Positions 39,405 to 50,371 of a stretch of DNA of 64,000 nt are shown piece after piece. The number at the start of each line of letters is the position of its first letter. The first letter of the stretch is position 1. Source of the stretch: Geopsychrobacteraceae bacterium (lineage in GTDB: Bacteria; Desulfobacterota; Desulfuromonadia; Desulfuromonadales; Geopsychrobacteraceae); contig OY759353.1 of the NCBI GenBank assembly GCA_963662315.1, positions 3,552,001 to 3,616,000 on the forward strand, given 5' to 3'. The position numbers and the translations under genes were made by a program. The notes under the pieces were generated by a model. That model made no database searches and was not told the origin of the DNA. It saw nothing but the letters and a program-made list of their open reading frames with translations.

Positions 39405-41543
39405 TTAATGCTTTGGTCGCCAATTATCAGGGTGATTCTGGCGCATGGCCAACTGGGGCATCTGAGGACGGCCTAGATCGATCCAGCCTCCGGCCCTGGT
39501 CTGCTCCTTTTGAGCGCTATATTGTAGCGACTGACTGGCAAGGCTGTTGTCAAAGCTGATTTTAAAGCCGCTCAACAGTCTATGCAATTGCTCAGCCTGA
39601 CCAGACAGCTCCTCTGCGGCGGTTGCGCTTTCTTCGGCACTGCCGGTATTGCGCTGGGTGACCTCATCAATCTGGTTGAGGCCGGCTGTCATCTGGGTGA
39701 TGCCCTGTGATTGCTCACTGGATGCAGCCGCGATCTCTTCGAGCAGGTCCGAAACCTTATTGGTCCCGGTGAGTATATCTTTGAGGGCTGCAGCGGTTTG
39801 CTCGGCAATCTGGGCACCACGATTGGTCAGTGATACCGATCCTTCGATCAGTTCTGCTGTCTCACGCGCTGCCTTGGCACTGCGGGCCGCCAAGTTGCGC
39901 ACCTCTTCGGCCACAACGGCGAAGCCTTTGCCATGCTGACCGGCACGCGCCGCTTCAACGGCCGCGTTGAGGGCCAGCAGGTTGGTCTGGAAAGCGATCT
40001 CATCAATGACTTTAATAATCTTACTGATATTCTGGCCGGCAAGGGTAATTTCGTTCATAGCCGAAACCATCTCGGTCATCTGGAGGTCCCCTTTTTCAGC
40101 GGCAATTTTTGATTCACTCGATAGCTGGTTGGCGGCACTGGCGTTGTGGGCGTTGGTCTGAACCTGAGTGGACATCAGATTCATGGATGCAGTGACTTCT
40201 TCAAAGGAACTGGCCGACTCAGTAGCGCCCTGTGACAGTTCTTCACTGGTCGCTGCGACCTGCCCCGCGCCCGAGGCGATCTGCTCAGCTGCCATCTGGG
40301 TCTGGCTGAGAATATCGCGTAAGCTGCTGACCATTGTCTGTAGGGCGATGCCCAGTTTGTCCCGCTCTGATGCCAGGGTGACCTGGCAGGTTAAATCTCC
40401 ATCGGCGATCTGCTCAGCGAGTTGAACCTTCTCTTTTAATTTACCCACCATCATGCGGATTGCAGCGTAAAGACTGGTTGGCTTACCGCATTTATCGTTC
40501 AGTTCGATATCCAGATCGCCATCAGCAACCTGGCGGGCGATGGCGATAACGTCGGCTGGTTCGCCGCCCATCATGCACATGATCATCCTGCTGATAAAAA
40601 ACGCAACAGCCGCACCGACAACAATTGCAAAGGTATTAAGAAGAACGATAATCAGGGTTGCCTTGTTGCTGGTTGCCTGCAGCTGTGGACCCAGCTGCTC
40701 TGCAATCTGTTTAATGTTGTCGGTAATGCCAGCGCTGGCTTCAGCGATTTCAGGGCCGAGCTTGTCCATGGAGTTGCTGATGATGCCGTTGTGCTGGTTG
40801 GTGATGGCGGAAATTTTGTTCAGGGTGGCTTGATAGTTGTCTGTGTGATTGCCGACTTCTGTCAGGAGCCGCTTATGCTCGCCAGAGGTAAACAGGGTTT
40901 GCGCTTTGGTCAGTTCCCGGGACAGACCGGTCAGCTCATTATGAGCCTGGTTAATGGTGTTGTCGTCGTTGGTTGCCATATACTTCTGTACGAAAAGGCG
41001 TCCCAGCAACAGTTTACGCAATGCGGAAGCCATGACATACATGGCTTCCGGCTGATCAGATTCTTTGGCACTGATAAGCAGTTTATTCAGGTTTTCGTCA
41101 ATGATCGCACCACTTGGCACTAGCGATGTATTGAACAGGCTGGTTCGCTCCATCTTCAGGGCGGTCACATCATTAAACGCTTTTTGGTAATCAAGTAGTG
41201 CGTTGTCTATCTGATCAAGCTTATCTACTCGCTCGGCTTCCCTGATAACGGTGCGGGCACTGGTTACACTGTCTTTTGTTTTGCTGAAATAATTTTTGAA
41301 CCCATTGAGCTCACGCTCCTGTTCACTGGTGATGTAGCTTTTGGCATTAAGCCGTACCATGAGCATTTTTGTCTGGACGTCAGTGGCCAAGGTTGCTTCC
41401 TGGGCCATGTGACGGTAGGAGTTGACTCCATCGGTGATGTTATTCAAAGAGTTGTAGGCGAGGATGCCGACGATGGTGAGCAGGAGAAGGATACTAAAAA
41501 AACCGGAATACAAGAGTTTTGCCAAACTGATCTTTTTAAACAT
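39405..41543 (-). CDS. Methyl-accepting chemotaxis protein
   Basis: TM, large helical periplasmic domain, TM, HAMPs; signature [37 protein letters not shown]. Confidence 0.96.
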   Translation of the reverse strand: MFKKISLAKLLYSGFFSILLLLTIVGILAYNSLNNITDGVNSYRHMAQEATLATDVQTKMLMVRLNAKSYITSEQERELNGFKNYFSKTKDSVTSARTVIREAERVDKLDQIDNALLDYQKAFNDVTALKMERTSLFNTSLVPSGAIIDENLNKLLISAKESDQPEAMYVMASALRKLLLGRLFVQKYMATNDDNTINQAHNELTGLSRELTKAQTLFTSGEHKRLLTEVGNHTDNYQATLNKISAITNQHNGIISNSMDKLGPEIAEASAGITDNIKQIAEQLGPQLQATSNKATLIIVLLNTFAIVVGAAVAFFISRMIMCMMGGEPADVIAIARQVADGDLDIELNDKCGKPTSLYAAIRMMVGKLKEKVQLAEQIADGDLTCQVTLASERDKLGIALQTMVSSLRDILSQTQMAAEQIASGAGQVAATSEELSQGATESASSFEEVTASMNLMSTQVQTNAHNASAANQLSSESKIAAEKGDLQMTEMVSAMNEITLAGQNISKIIKVIDEIAFQTNLLALNAAVEAARAGQHGKGFAVVAEEVRNLAARSAKAARETAELIEGSVSLTNRGAQIAEQTAAALKDILTGTNKVSDLLEEIAAASSEQSQGITQMTAGLNQIDEVTQRNTGSAEESATAAEELSGQAEQLHRLLSGFKISFDNSLASQSLQYSAQKEQTRAGGWIDLGRPQMPQLAMRQNHPDNWRPKH

Positions 41544-41791
41544 TTGAATCCCCCAATAGTCGTGTTAATTGCTTGAAAATCGATATATGGTTAATTATCC
41601 CTAATCAGATAGAAGCATGGTGTTACATAGATGTCAATTGAAATTAATTTGAGTTTATTAACTTTAATTGTTGCGGTTTTTTAAGATCTTAGGATGATTG
41701 AAAAATATTAGAGATTTGTAAATTTCACCAAACGAACAAGGTGCTGAAAGCCAATAACGGCTGCGGCTGGGAAAGGTTATCGTCTTAGTAT

Positions 41792-42430
41792 CTAACTGTT
41801 CGCTGTTAACGAGCACACACCGTGTGTCGTGCGGATATGGGCGATCAGTTGCGGGATCTGCCCTGCTGTGATGGCGACCGGTTCAGTTAGATTGATGGCG
41901 GTCAGGAGCTGGTTGAGTCGCTCCGGATGCGGGTGACGCAACTCCAGTTGTTCGAGCCTGAGCCCCTGATCCCTCAGTCTGGCGGCCGGGTGCTGCATGG
42001 GCGGCCATTGAATCAGAGCCGGAGCCGCTCCTCCCAAGGGGAGGGAACCGTCTTTGGGTATGGTGATCTGCCAGTGTAGCAGGCCGCGAAACATCGCTTC
42101 AACCGGCCCGAGTTGTTTAGTGACCCAGCCTGGAATCGTGTCGATAGCCGTGGTTCTCGCGACCCAGGTGGCAAGCGTGGGTGGGCTGTCGAGTGTGAGG
42201 TCATCAAGAGCAAACCATCGTGGACGTTCAGGAGACGGAAGAGTCGGGCTGCAGGCAATGACTTCAAGGTAGCAGTCTGGGCCGAGAGAGAGCAACAGGT
42301 TATGGGTACCCATAAGCGGATGTTCACCCCCTGGCTGCATGGAAACACCAAGTTGCTGCTCAATCCATTGCCTGCCAGTGGTGAGATCAGGTGCGGTAAA
42401 AACCAGGTGGTCTATGTGGGCAGCTGCCAT
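41792..42430 (-). CDS. Glyoxalase-like (VOC) domain protein
   Basis: IDHLV, GGEHPLMGTHN.LL, YLEVIA, PALIQW. Confidence 0.85.
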   Translation of the reverse strand: MAAAHIDHLVFTAPDLTTGRQWIEQQLGVSMQPGGEHPLMGTHNLLLSLGPDCYLEVIACSPTLPSPERPRWFALDDLTLDSPPTLATWVARTTAIDTIPGWVTKQLGPVEAMFRGLLHWQITIPKDGSLPLGGAAPALIQWPPMQHPAARLRDQGLRLEQLELRHPHPERLNQLLTAINLTEPVAITAGQIPQLIAHIRTTHGVCSLTANS

Positions 42431-42540
42431 GGAGTCATCCTCTGTGTAGCCTCTATGCGAAAGAGAAACAGCGCTTATCTATGTGTCATTTTGCGGAGAA
42501 TTTTGCCGTTTGTAATCCAACTGGAAAGAAATTCACACCT

Positions 42541-44859
42541 TTAATAAGGGCCGGGGAAGATAGCTTTTGTGTCCTGTAACATACTCAGGAAGGCTGTTTT
42601 ATCAATAGGTTTACTGTAGAGATATCCCTGGTATTGTTCACAGGATGCCTGGCGCAGCAGGGTGAGTTGCTCGACAGTTTCTACGCCCTCGGCGACCACA
42701 CTCAAGCCAAGAGAATGAGCCATAGAGAGTGTTGCCAGGGTAATTGCCGCATCTTCTTTATTGTCAGGCAGATCCTTAATAAAGGCACGATCAATTTTGA
42801 GTGTATCCAGGGGCAGTTGGCTAAGATACTGAAGAGAAGAGTACCCGGTGCCAAAATCATCAATGGCAAAATGGATGCCTTTTTCCCTGAGGGTATTTAA
42901 GGTCTGGATTGCCCCCTGAACATTGTCCATGACGATCCCCTCGGTGACCTCAAGTTCCAGTGAGGTGGGAGGGAAGCCTGTCTCTTCCAGGACTGACAGG
43001 ATCATCGGAACAAGTTGTGTCTGCTTGAATTGGCGTGGGGACAGGTTGACGGCAATTCTTAAAGGGTATCCCAGATTGCGCCAGTGCTGGGCGTCTTGAC
43101 AGGCGCTGCGCAGAACCCATTGGCCGATATCCACAATCAGGCCGGTTTCCTCCGCCAGAGGAATAAATTCTACTGGTGAGATAAGGTTCCCGTCTCGGCG
43201 CCAGCGAATCAGGGCTTCGCAGCCAACGATCATACCGCCGGCAATATCGACTTTGGGCTGATAAAAAACTTCAAACTCTTCGCGCTCCAGGGCCCGACGT
43301 AAACTATTTTCTAACTCCAGACGTCGACTGACATGCTGATTCATGCTTTCCGTATAGAGATAATAGGAGTTTTTGCCTTGCGCTTTGGCCCTGTACATCG
43401 CCAGCTCAGAGTTTTTGAGCAGGGTTTCTGCGTCGGTACCGTCGGTTGGAAACAGGCTGATACCGATACTGAAGCTGGCGAACAGATCCTGTCCTTTGAT
43501 ATGAACAGGCTTGCTAAAGATACTCAGAATACGTTTGGAAACTTCGCAGGCATCCCATTGGCACTCCTTTGAAAGCAGAAGAATTGCAAACTCATCGCCA
43601 CCGATACGGGCGACGGTATCTTCTTCTCTCAGGGTTTTCTCCAGGATTTTAGCGACCTCCTGCAGAAAAAGGTCTCCTATATTATGTCCCAGACTGTCAT
43701 TGATGTTTTTAAAATTATCCAGATCCAGAACCAGAACAGCGGCCTGGGTGTTATGGCGTCTGGCACGGGGCAGTGAGGTTTCAAGTCGATCAATATAGAG
43801 CAGGCGATTCGGTAATCCGGTCAGGGCATCATGATAGGCCTGGTGTTGTAGTTGTTCTTCTCCGCGTTTGATATCAGAAATATCATAAAATACGGAAATA
43901 TAATGGGAGACATTGCCCATGTAGTCGGTAACTGAACTAATGGAAAGTCGCTCTGGGTAGGATTCCCCATTCTTGCGACGATTCCAGATTTCTCCACTCC
44001 AGTGACCTGTCTGGGCAATAGCGTCCCACATGTTGCGATAGAATTCCGCATCATGATGATTTGATTTCAGAATAGAGGGATTTTTCCCGATGGCTTCCTG
44101 CGCGCTATAGCCGGTAATCGCGGTAAAGCCGGGGTTAACCTCTTCTATGGTTCCATCAAGATCAGTAATGACGATCCCTTCCACGGTACTTTCAAAGACC
44201 GATGCCAGCAAGCGAAGCTTGGCTTCATATTCTTTGCGCTGGCTGATGTCGCTGACAATCGCCCAGAGAGTTTGGTTGTCACTTTGAGTATCGCCACTGA
44301 AGAAGGTGCGCTTTTCAACTGGAAAAACACTGCCATTTTTACGGATGGCCTGTTTCTCATAAGTGTCGGAGTAGCCCCGGGAGATAGTCAAATCGTCAAG
44401 AATACGACATTCTATCGGTTGTGAGGTTTCGGAGGTCAGGTTTTGCAGGAACATTCCCTTCAATTCTTCCTCTTCGTAACCAAGCATTTGCCGATAGGTT
44501 TCGTTGAACTCAATAATTTGTCCTTCAGGGGTGTACCTGACAAAGCCATTATTGAAACTCTCACGAAGTTGACAGATCATTTTTTCTGCATCATGAAGAC
44601 GTTTCTGGCTCGAACGACATCCGAGCATGTTAGAGAAAAACAGGCCAATACCGATGAGGATTAAAGTTAAAATAGTTCCGTTAATAAACATGAGGTGTTT
44701 GTGATAAGCGATCATTTCCGGCTGTAGGGCTGCGAAGGCGTAGGCCAAGACAGCCAAAAAGAGAATGGTCGCCAAGAGGATACAGGAGATTGTAAACTGT
44801 CGTGCTGTTTTTTTCATAAGACCTGTGTTGAGATAGCTAAAGCTCGAGTCCGAACTCAT
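42541..44859 (-). CDS. Membrane-anchored PAS-PAS-GGDEF-EAL protein
   Basis: 2 TM, two PAS domains, HDALTGLPNR, GGDEF, EALIRW, DDFGTGYSSL, KIDR, AEGVET. Confidence 0.95.
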   Translation of the reverse strand: MSSDSSFSYLNTGLMKKTARQFTISCILLATILFLAVLAYAFAALQPEMIAYHKHLMFINGTILTLILIGIGLFFSNMLGCRSSQKRLHDAEKMICQLRESFNNGFVRYTPEGQIIEFNETYRQMLGYEEEELKGMFLQNLTSETSQPIECRILDDLTISRGYSDTYEKQAIRKNGSVFPVEKRTFFSGDTQSDNQTLWAIVSDISQRKEYEAKLRLLASVFESTVEGIVITDLDGTIEEVNPGFTAITGYSAQEAIGKNPSILKSNHHDAEFYRNMWDAIAQTGHWSGEIWNRRKNGESYPERLSISSVTDYMGNVSHYISVFYDISDIKRGEEQLQHQAYHDALTGLPNRLLYIDRLETSLPRARRHNTQAAVLVLDLDNFKNINDSLGHNIGDLFLQEVAKILEKTLREEDTVARIGGDEFAILLLSKECQWDACEVSKRILSIFSKPVHIKGQDLFASFSIGISLFPTDGTDAETLLKNSELAMYRAKAQGKNSYYLYTESMNQHVSRRLELENSLRRALEREEFEVFYQPKVDIAGGMIVGCEALIRWRRDGNLISPVEFIPLAEETGLIVDIGQWVLRSACQDAQHWRNLGYPLRIAVNLSPRQFKQTQLVPMILSVLEETGFPPTSLELEVTEGIVMDNVQGAIQTLNTLREKGIHFAIDDFGTGYSSLQYLSQLPLDTLKIDRAFIKDLPDNKEDAAITLATLSMAHSLGLSVVAEGVETVEQLTLLRQASCEQYQGYLYSKPIDKTAFLSMLQDTKAIFPGPY

Positions 44860-45073
44860 ATAAAAAGTAAATCAATGCCTACATTATATTAGGGATTTAT
44901 AAGAAAAAAGCAAGGATCACATTTTTGTTTCAAGTGGAGCGGCAGCAAATACCGAATATGATAAGGTTTTCTCCTGTTTTGCGGGATAGCAGGAGCACGC
45001 GCGCTACGGATTTATAGCGCGCAGAGAAAGTGACCATGGGCTCTGGTCATCTATGGGGGGGGGCAATAGTGAT

Positions 45074-46762
45074 TTATTTCACCGCAGGGTGAGGGATCTT
45101 TCTAACATCAACAAAGCTGGCATAGTACGCCAGTCCGGTTCCGGCATCGGTCAACAGGTTAGGGATAGCATGGTTGCTGTAGCCGCTTATCATGGGAATA
45201 TTTTTCCAGCACATCAGACAACCGCGAACAATTTTATCAGTGATCAGAGCTTCGGCGTTAAATTCACCACAGTCGCCGACAACCTTGACCTCCTCACCAT
45301 GACTTATGTTCAGGACTTCAGCATCTAAAGGATTGATATGCACGACCTGAAGCCCCCGTTCCATACCGGGCAGGATCTGAGAATTCAGATAGCTGTGGTG
45401 GGACGCGGTCAGCAACTGAAAACGGGGCCCACTTTCCGGCAGGATTAGATCCAGTGGTGGATTTTTATAGCTGCGTTGCGGTAAGGAGCGTTTGGGGGTA
45501 TGCGCCAGTTCCGGAATTTTAAGAGGAATTCTCAACGTGTCAGCCAGAGCCGAAGCCGCCGCAACATCGCCCATTTCCTGAGTCACATTCGTGCGGTTGT
45601 AATAGTGAGGGAAAAAGTAACTGCCCATGAAATCACTTTGGGAGAACATGCCGCCAACCTTAAGAAAAAAGTTTGCGTGGCGCGCTGTTTCATCGTGACT
45701 GGTGCCGATGACAAGGCTGGGAGTCCTGATCATTCCCTGTTGCCATAAATGACTGTCAGGATAGGTCATGGCCGGATTGGCCGCCACCGTAACAAACAGG
45801 TCAAATTCTCCATCGACCAGGGTTTGTGCGATTCTTTCTACGGGGACCGCTCCTGCGAATGGCGCGGATTGTTTTTCCCACATTCGCTTGGACCCGTGGG
45901 TCCAGAACAGTAACTCCTGGCTGCCGGTTTTACTGGCCAGTCGGTTGATCCACTGAAAGGCGTTCATGCCGTTTTTCTGCCGTTGCAGACCGGAGCCCTG
46001 CACATGGGCCGTGGTACTATGACGGATGGTCGTTGCCAGCAGCTGCAGTTGCTCGGGGCTGACACCGGCGCTGGCGCACAGCGCTTGCGGATTGTACCCC
46101 TGGTCAAGACCAAGGGTGACCAGTAGCGCACAGGCGAGCAAACCGTCACAGCCGGGCTTGATTTGAATATAGTGATGGGCCAGTTCCGCGGTTCTGGTCT
46201 TGATCGGATCGATATAGATCAGCAGTTTACCCTGCTGCTTGAGCTGTTTCAGAAACGCGTAAAAGTGTGGACTGGTGGCGGCGGCGTTTTTGCCGTAAAG
46301 GATGATACTGTCAGCTTTTTCCAGCGCCATGACATCCGGATTGCTGGCAACGCCGAAGTCGGCAACGTGGGCTGCTTCACCGGTATCATCACAGGGCCCG
46401 CCGGCAATCCCGTAGCACTCACCAAAGCGGCTGAACAGGACGTCCCAACAGGCCATTTTATAGCCCAGGCTGCCTGAGCCACGCAGCAGTAATATCTTCT
46501 TTTTGCGATAAGGTTCAAGAAACTCACCCAGGGCAGCAATAGCCGTTGCCGGATTGTCGTAGAGCTGGCGGCGCTGACCATCGATCTGCCACGAATTTAC
46601 GCCATTGGCTATTTCCCGCCGGGCAAATGTTTTGAATTTGGCACAGACAAAACCGGGATCGGACCAGGGCTGAGCGACCCCTTGAACGGTCAGTTCCGGG
46701 GTCAGAGCGGAAATTTGAACCCCACACAGATCGGGGCAGTCTTTGCTACAGAAAAAGATCAT
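45074..46762 (-). CDS. Molybdopterin-dependent oxidoreductase family protein
   Basis: N-terminal CSKDCPDLC...VCAK, IDPIKTRTA, IKPGCDG, ANPAMTYPD; C-terminal dinucleotide-binding domain HINPLDA. Confidence 0.8.
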   Translation of the reverse strand: MIFFCSKDCPDLCGVQISALTPELTVQGVAQPWSDPGFVCAKFKTFARREIANGVNSWQIDGQRRQLYDNPATAIAALGEFLEPYRKKKILLLRGSGSLGYKMACWDVLFSRFGECYGIAGGPCDDTGEAAHVADFGVASNPDVMALEKADSIILYGKNAAATSPHFYAFLKQLKQQGKLLIYIDPIKTRTAELAHHYIQIKPGCDGLLACALLVTLGLDQGYNPQALCASAGVSPEQLQLLATTIRHSTTAHVQGSGLQRQKNGMNAFQWINRLASKTGSQELLFWTHGSKRMWEKQSAPFAGAVPVERIAQTLVDGEFDLFVTVAANPAMTYPDSHLWQQGMIRTPSLVIGTSHDETARHANFFLKVGGMFSQSDFMGSYFFPHYYNRTNVTQEMGDVAAASALADTLRIPLKIPELAHTPKRSLPQRSYKNPPLDLILPESGPRFQLLTASHHSYLNSQILPGMERGLQVVHINPLDAEVLNISHGEEVKVVGDCGEFNAEALITDKIVRGCLMCWKNIPMISGYSNHAIPNLLTDAGTGLAYYASFVDVRKIPHPAVK

Positions 46763-46866
46763 GTCGACCTCGTCATTGCTAGGCTGTTGATTGCGGTTGG
46801 GAAATCAATCGGGTCTGTTGACTCTATCAAGGGTCTGTAGGTAACGCAATGCCCTTTACGCGGCCT

Positions 46867-46920
46867 GTCAAAATTACGACTTTTTTAAAAAACAGCCAGG
46901 AAAGTGTCAATAGATCTGAC
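46867..46920. promoter_or_regulatory. Two GTCA-N6/7-(T/C)GAC boxes upstream of the flagellar operon (candidate master-activator sites)
   Basis: GTCAAAATTACGAC (46867) and GTCAATAGATCTGAC (46906); the same motif recurs at 60595. Confidence 0.45.
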
Positions 46921-47048
46921 TTATTTTGCTATGAAAATGAATAATCTTGATAGGTTAGGATTGTGTTTCAGAAGTTGGCATGATTCTGGTTAAGGAAATG
47001 ATTGGATAACTACGGACAGCAACGAAATGAATGCCGGAGGAGTAGTAA

Positions 47049-49454
47049 ATGCGACTGAATAGATCAGGTCGGAGATGGGGCTTAAAGGTGGCGGGATTAC
47101 TGGTGTTGTTAGTGTTGCTTCCGCTGCAGGCACTCGCAGAGCCGGTTCTAAACGCTATGACAAAGCAGGAAAGCCCGTCCCAAACCAGAATCTCTTTGGA
47201 TTTGTCGGAACTTCCGACTTTTGAAGTGACCCCGACAGGGCAGCGCATTGATGTGCTTCTTAAGGGGACCACAGCTGCTGAGGCATTGCGTAAGCTGCCC
47301 GAAGATGAAACCGTGGTGAATATCACCCTGACTGAAAAGTCAGGTGACCTGTGGGTGTCGATATTACTGCGTCAATCTCCACGTCAGGTGCTGCCTGCCA
47401 TTCAGGAGGAACCTCCCCGACTGAATCTGGATGTTTACTGGCAGGATGCCAATGCGATACGTCCCGGAGTCGCCTTCCGTATTGCCGGAATGCCACCCCG
47501 GAAAGCAGGGCGGCGGGCGTCTGCATATCAGAAAAGGTCAGCCTGGGAAGACGATTGGATGCGTTTCTTTGCGGATTATCATCAGGATTGGTCGGTCCAG
47601 CTGCCGCTAAAATACACCCTGCCGGAACTTCCTCCCCTGGTGACTGACGAGCAGAGTCCGGTGATGCCCCTGCAGCAGTTCGCCAATGAAGGTTTGTTCC
47701 TTAACCTGTTGCATAGTGCTGATCAGATCGCCAACCTGACTGATGAACAGCGTTTGCAGCGCGACATGCTGGCCGCCGAAGCGCACCTGCGCACTGATGG
47801 TCTGGCTGCCGGGCTGGCACGTCTCGAAACAATGCGACGGCAGAGTCCTGCGAAGAATGCGCGTGTCGAATATTTGACAGCCTATGCTCAAGCACAGGGA
47901 GGGCAGCCGATTGTCGGCCAATTGACGCTGGCGCAGATGCTTGCCGGTCTGGCTGATACTGACCCTTTTGTGTCGTACTATCATCTGCTTTATGCTGAAA
48001 CCGATCTGGATTCAAGGTGTTACAAGGCCGCCGACAGCTATCTGAATGGCGCTCAGACATGGCCTGATGAGCTGGCTGAAATAATTGCCTTGCGGCGTGC
48101 GGATACATTGGCGGGAGCCGGATCGGTCAAGCAGGCGACAGCGGCTTATCAGGCTTTGGCAACGATGCCGGATTTGTTTGAGCGGCATCTGTTTTCCATG
48201 AATCGTGCGGCTTTCGCAGCCTTCCAGAATCAGAATTACAGCTTTTCTGCGGATCTTTACCGGCGGCTGATCACAGCGATTGAAAACCAGGATAAGCCCG
48301 TGGACGGTTTTGATATGATCCTGTTTGGTGCCGGGATAGCTGCTTATGAGGCGGGTGACCAGGCGTGGGGGAGAATCGGTCTGGAGAAAGCCTTTTATGA
48401 TAACGAGGCAAGTGAAGGGGGGCAGAGGGCCAGATTGCGGCTTGTCGATATACAGGTCCTTCAGGGGGGGGAACTTGAACTGGGAAAGGCCGTTGCCGAG
48501 TATGGCGATATGGCACTTCACGCAGACTATCGCAGCGTTCGCGAAGAGAGCGCGTTCAAACAGGCCCTGGCCCATTACCTGTTGGGTGACCACCGGCTCA
48601 GTGTCGAGGAGCTGATGACCTTTCAGCGCGACTATTACAGCTCCGCGTTACGTCACGATGCCGAGGTGTTACTGGCTGAACAGATTCCTGAGGTTGTACA
48701 TCAGCTGCTGCAGGAAAAAAATGACCTGGCGGCTGTCGTACTGGTTGAAAAAAACCGCAAACTGTTGCTGAGCAGAGGCTTCGACCGTCAATTCCTTGAG
48801 GATCTGGCCGCGTCTTTCGGTCGTCTGGGATTATATGAACGGTCTGCCCGGGTTTTACTTTACCTGCTGGATCGCATTCAAGACCCGGCTGACAAGGCGG
48901 ACATCTATCTTCCTCTGGTCACCTCTTATATTAAGCGTGGAGAATATGATCAAGTCACTAAGTATGCTGAACAATACCTGAAAAATTATCCCGAAGGGGA
49001 AGATGCCGGCCCCCTGTTCAGCCTGCTGCTCGATGCGTTTGAAAAACAGAAACAGGAAGACAAGATCGTGGCCTGGCTCGGTCGTCAGAATCGCCCGTCC
49101 TCCGCAGCCCTGGAAATCCGGGCTGCCTGGATCTACTGGCACCTTGACAAGCCGGAAGCGGTTCTGAACAGCCTGAAAAAAGTCCAGCGGAAAGGGATTG
49201 CGCTGGAAGTCAAAGAAATGGCACTGCTGGGAGAGACCAGTTTCCAGCAGGGGGACCTGGCTACAGCAAAAAGAGCTTATGAGTCACTCCTGCACGATAA
49301 AGAATTTGCCCCTCAGGCTCAGTATCGAATGGCTCAAATATTTATAAAACAAAAGGAAAACAAGAAAGCAAGGACTCTGCTGCAGAGCCTGCGCAAAGAG
49401 CATTCCACGAGTACCTGGGCAAAGTTGGCCCAGGATTTGCTCATTGACCTGTAA
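47049..49454 (+). CDS. Exported TPR-repeat protein with AMIN-like N-terminal beta domain, first gene of the flagellar cluster
   Basis: Signal peptide ...LPLQALA-EP; TRISLDLS beta-strand pattern; many TPR-like helices ending AQYRMAQ...STWAKLA. Confidence 0.75.
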   Translation: MRLNRSGRRWGLKVAGLLVLLVLLPLQALAEPVLNAMTKQESPSQTRISLDLSELPTFEVTPTGQRIDVLLKGTTAAEALRKLPEDETVVNITLTEKSGDLWVSILLRQSPRQVLPAIQEEPPRLNLDVYWQDANAIRPGVAFRIAGMPPRKAGRRASAYQKRSAWEDDWMRFFADYHQDWSVQLPLKYTLPELPPLVTDEQSPVMPLQQFANEGLFLNLLHSADQIANLTDEQRLQRDMLAAEAHLRTDGLAAGLARLETMRRQSPAKNARVEYLTAYAQAQGGQPIVGQLTLAQMLAGLADTDPFVSYYHLLYAETDLDSRCYKAADSYLNGAQTWPDELAEIIALRRADTLAGAGSVKQATAAYQALATMPDLFERHLFSMNRAAFAAFQNQNYSFSADLYRRLITAIENQDKPVDGFDMILFGAGIAAYEAGDQAWGRIGLEKAFYDNEASEGGQRARLRLVDIQVLQGGELELGKAVAEYGDMALHADYRSVREESAFKQALAHYLLGDHRLSVEELMTFQRDYYSSALRHDAEVLLAEQIPEVVHQLLQEKNDLAAVVLVEKNRKLLLSRGFDRQFLEDLAASFGRLGLYERSARVLLYLLDRIQDPADKADIYLPLVTSYIKRGEYDQVTKYAEQYLKNYPEGEDAGPLFSLLLDAFEKQKQEDKIVAWLGRQNRPSSAALEIRAAWIYWHLDKPEAVLNSLKKVQRKGIALEVKEMALLGETSFQQGDLATAKRAYESLLHDKEFAPQAQYRMAQIFIKQKENKKARTLLQSLRKEHSTSTWAKLAQDLLIDL

Positions 49455-49504
49455 CGCTGACTTTTTGCCAGCAAACGTGTCAAAGAATAGTCAGGAGATG
49501 AACT

Positions 49505-49918
49505 ATGGCCTCTTTTAAGATCACCGATCAGACCATTTCCGTATTGCAGAAAAGTCTGGATTTGCGGGCCCAGAAGCAGGAAGTGATCGCCGGAAACATT
49601 GCCAACGCCGAAACCCCTGGGTACGCCGCACGGCAATTTGCTTTTGAAGAAAACCTACGCAACGCTATCGATAACCCAGAGCTGAACAGTAGGCCGACCA
49701 ATATCAAGCATTTTCCGGTTGGGACCGGCAGCATCAGTGATGTCCACGGCACTTTGAGTATCGATCTGGCCAATGCCCCGCTGGGGGATGACAATACGGT
49801 CTCGGTTGATGATGAAATGTTTGACCTGGCCGAAAACCAGTTGTTGTTTGAAGCGGGTAGTCAGATTATCAAAAAGAAACTGACGCTCCTTAAGTACGCA
49901 GCGAACAACGGCAGTTAG
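49505..49918 (+). CDS. flgB: Flagellar basal-body rod protein
   Basis: QEVIAGNIANAETPGY, DDNTVSVDDEM. Confidence 0.95.
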   Translation: MASFKITDQTISVLQKSLDLRAQKQEVIAGNIANAETPGYAARQFAFEENLRNAIDNPELNSRPTNIKHFPVGTGSISDVHGTLSIDLANAPLGDDNTVSVDDEMFDLAENQLLFEAGSQIIKKKLTLLKYAANNGS

Positions 49919-49926
49919 GAGTTTTT

Positions 49927-50358
49927 ATGGACGTTTTTTCCAGTATGAAGATCAGTGCTTCGGCACTTAAAGCCCAGCGGGTGAGGATGAATGCCATCAG
50001 TTCCAACCTTGCCAACATTGAAACAACAAGAACCCCGGACGGCGGCCCCTACCGTAAGCGCGAGGTGGTTTTTCAGACCGTTCCCCAGGATTTTGCCAGC
50101 ACCCTCGATACTGAATTGCGAGATGCTGGACACGGGGTCCGGGTCAGCCATGTTCAGGCCAGCTCGTTGCCGCCGCGCATGGTTTATGATCCGTCCCACC
50201 CGGATGCCAACGAAAACGGCGAAGTGGCCATGCCGAACATCAGCCTGGTTGAAGAAACCGCCGATATGATGTCTGCCGCGCGGGCCTATGAAGCCAATGT
50301 CACGGTGGTTAAGTCGGCCAAGCGCATGGCACTTAAAGCGTTGGATATCGGCAAATAG
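49927..50358 (+). CDS. flgC: Flagellar basal-body rod protein
   Basis: ISSNLANIET, GGPYRKREVVF, YDPSHPDA, RAYEAN. Confidence 0.97.
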   Translation: MDVFSSMKISASALKAQRVRMNAISSNLANIETTRTPDGGPYRKREVVFQTVPQDFASTLDTELRDAGHGVRVSHVQASSLPPRMVYDPSHPDANENGEVAMPNISLVEETADMMSAARAYEANVTVVKSAKRMALKALDIGK

Positions 50359-50371
50359 AAAAGTGAGGTAA

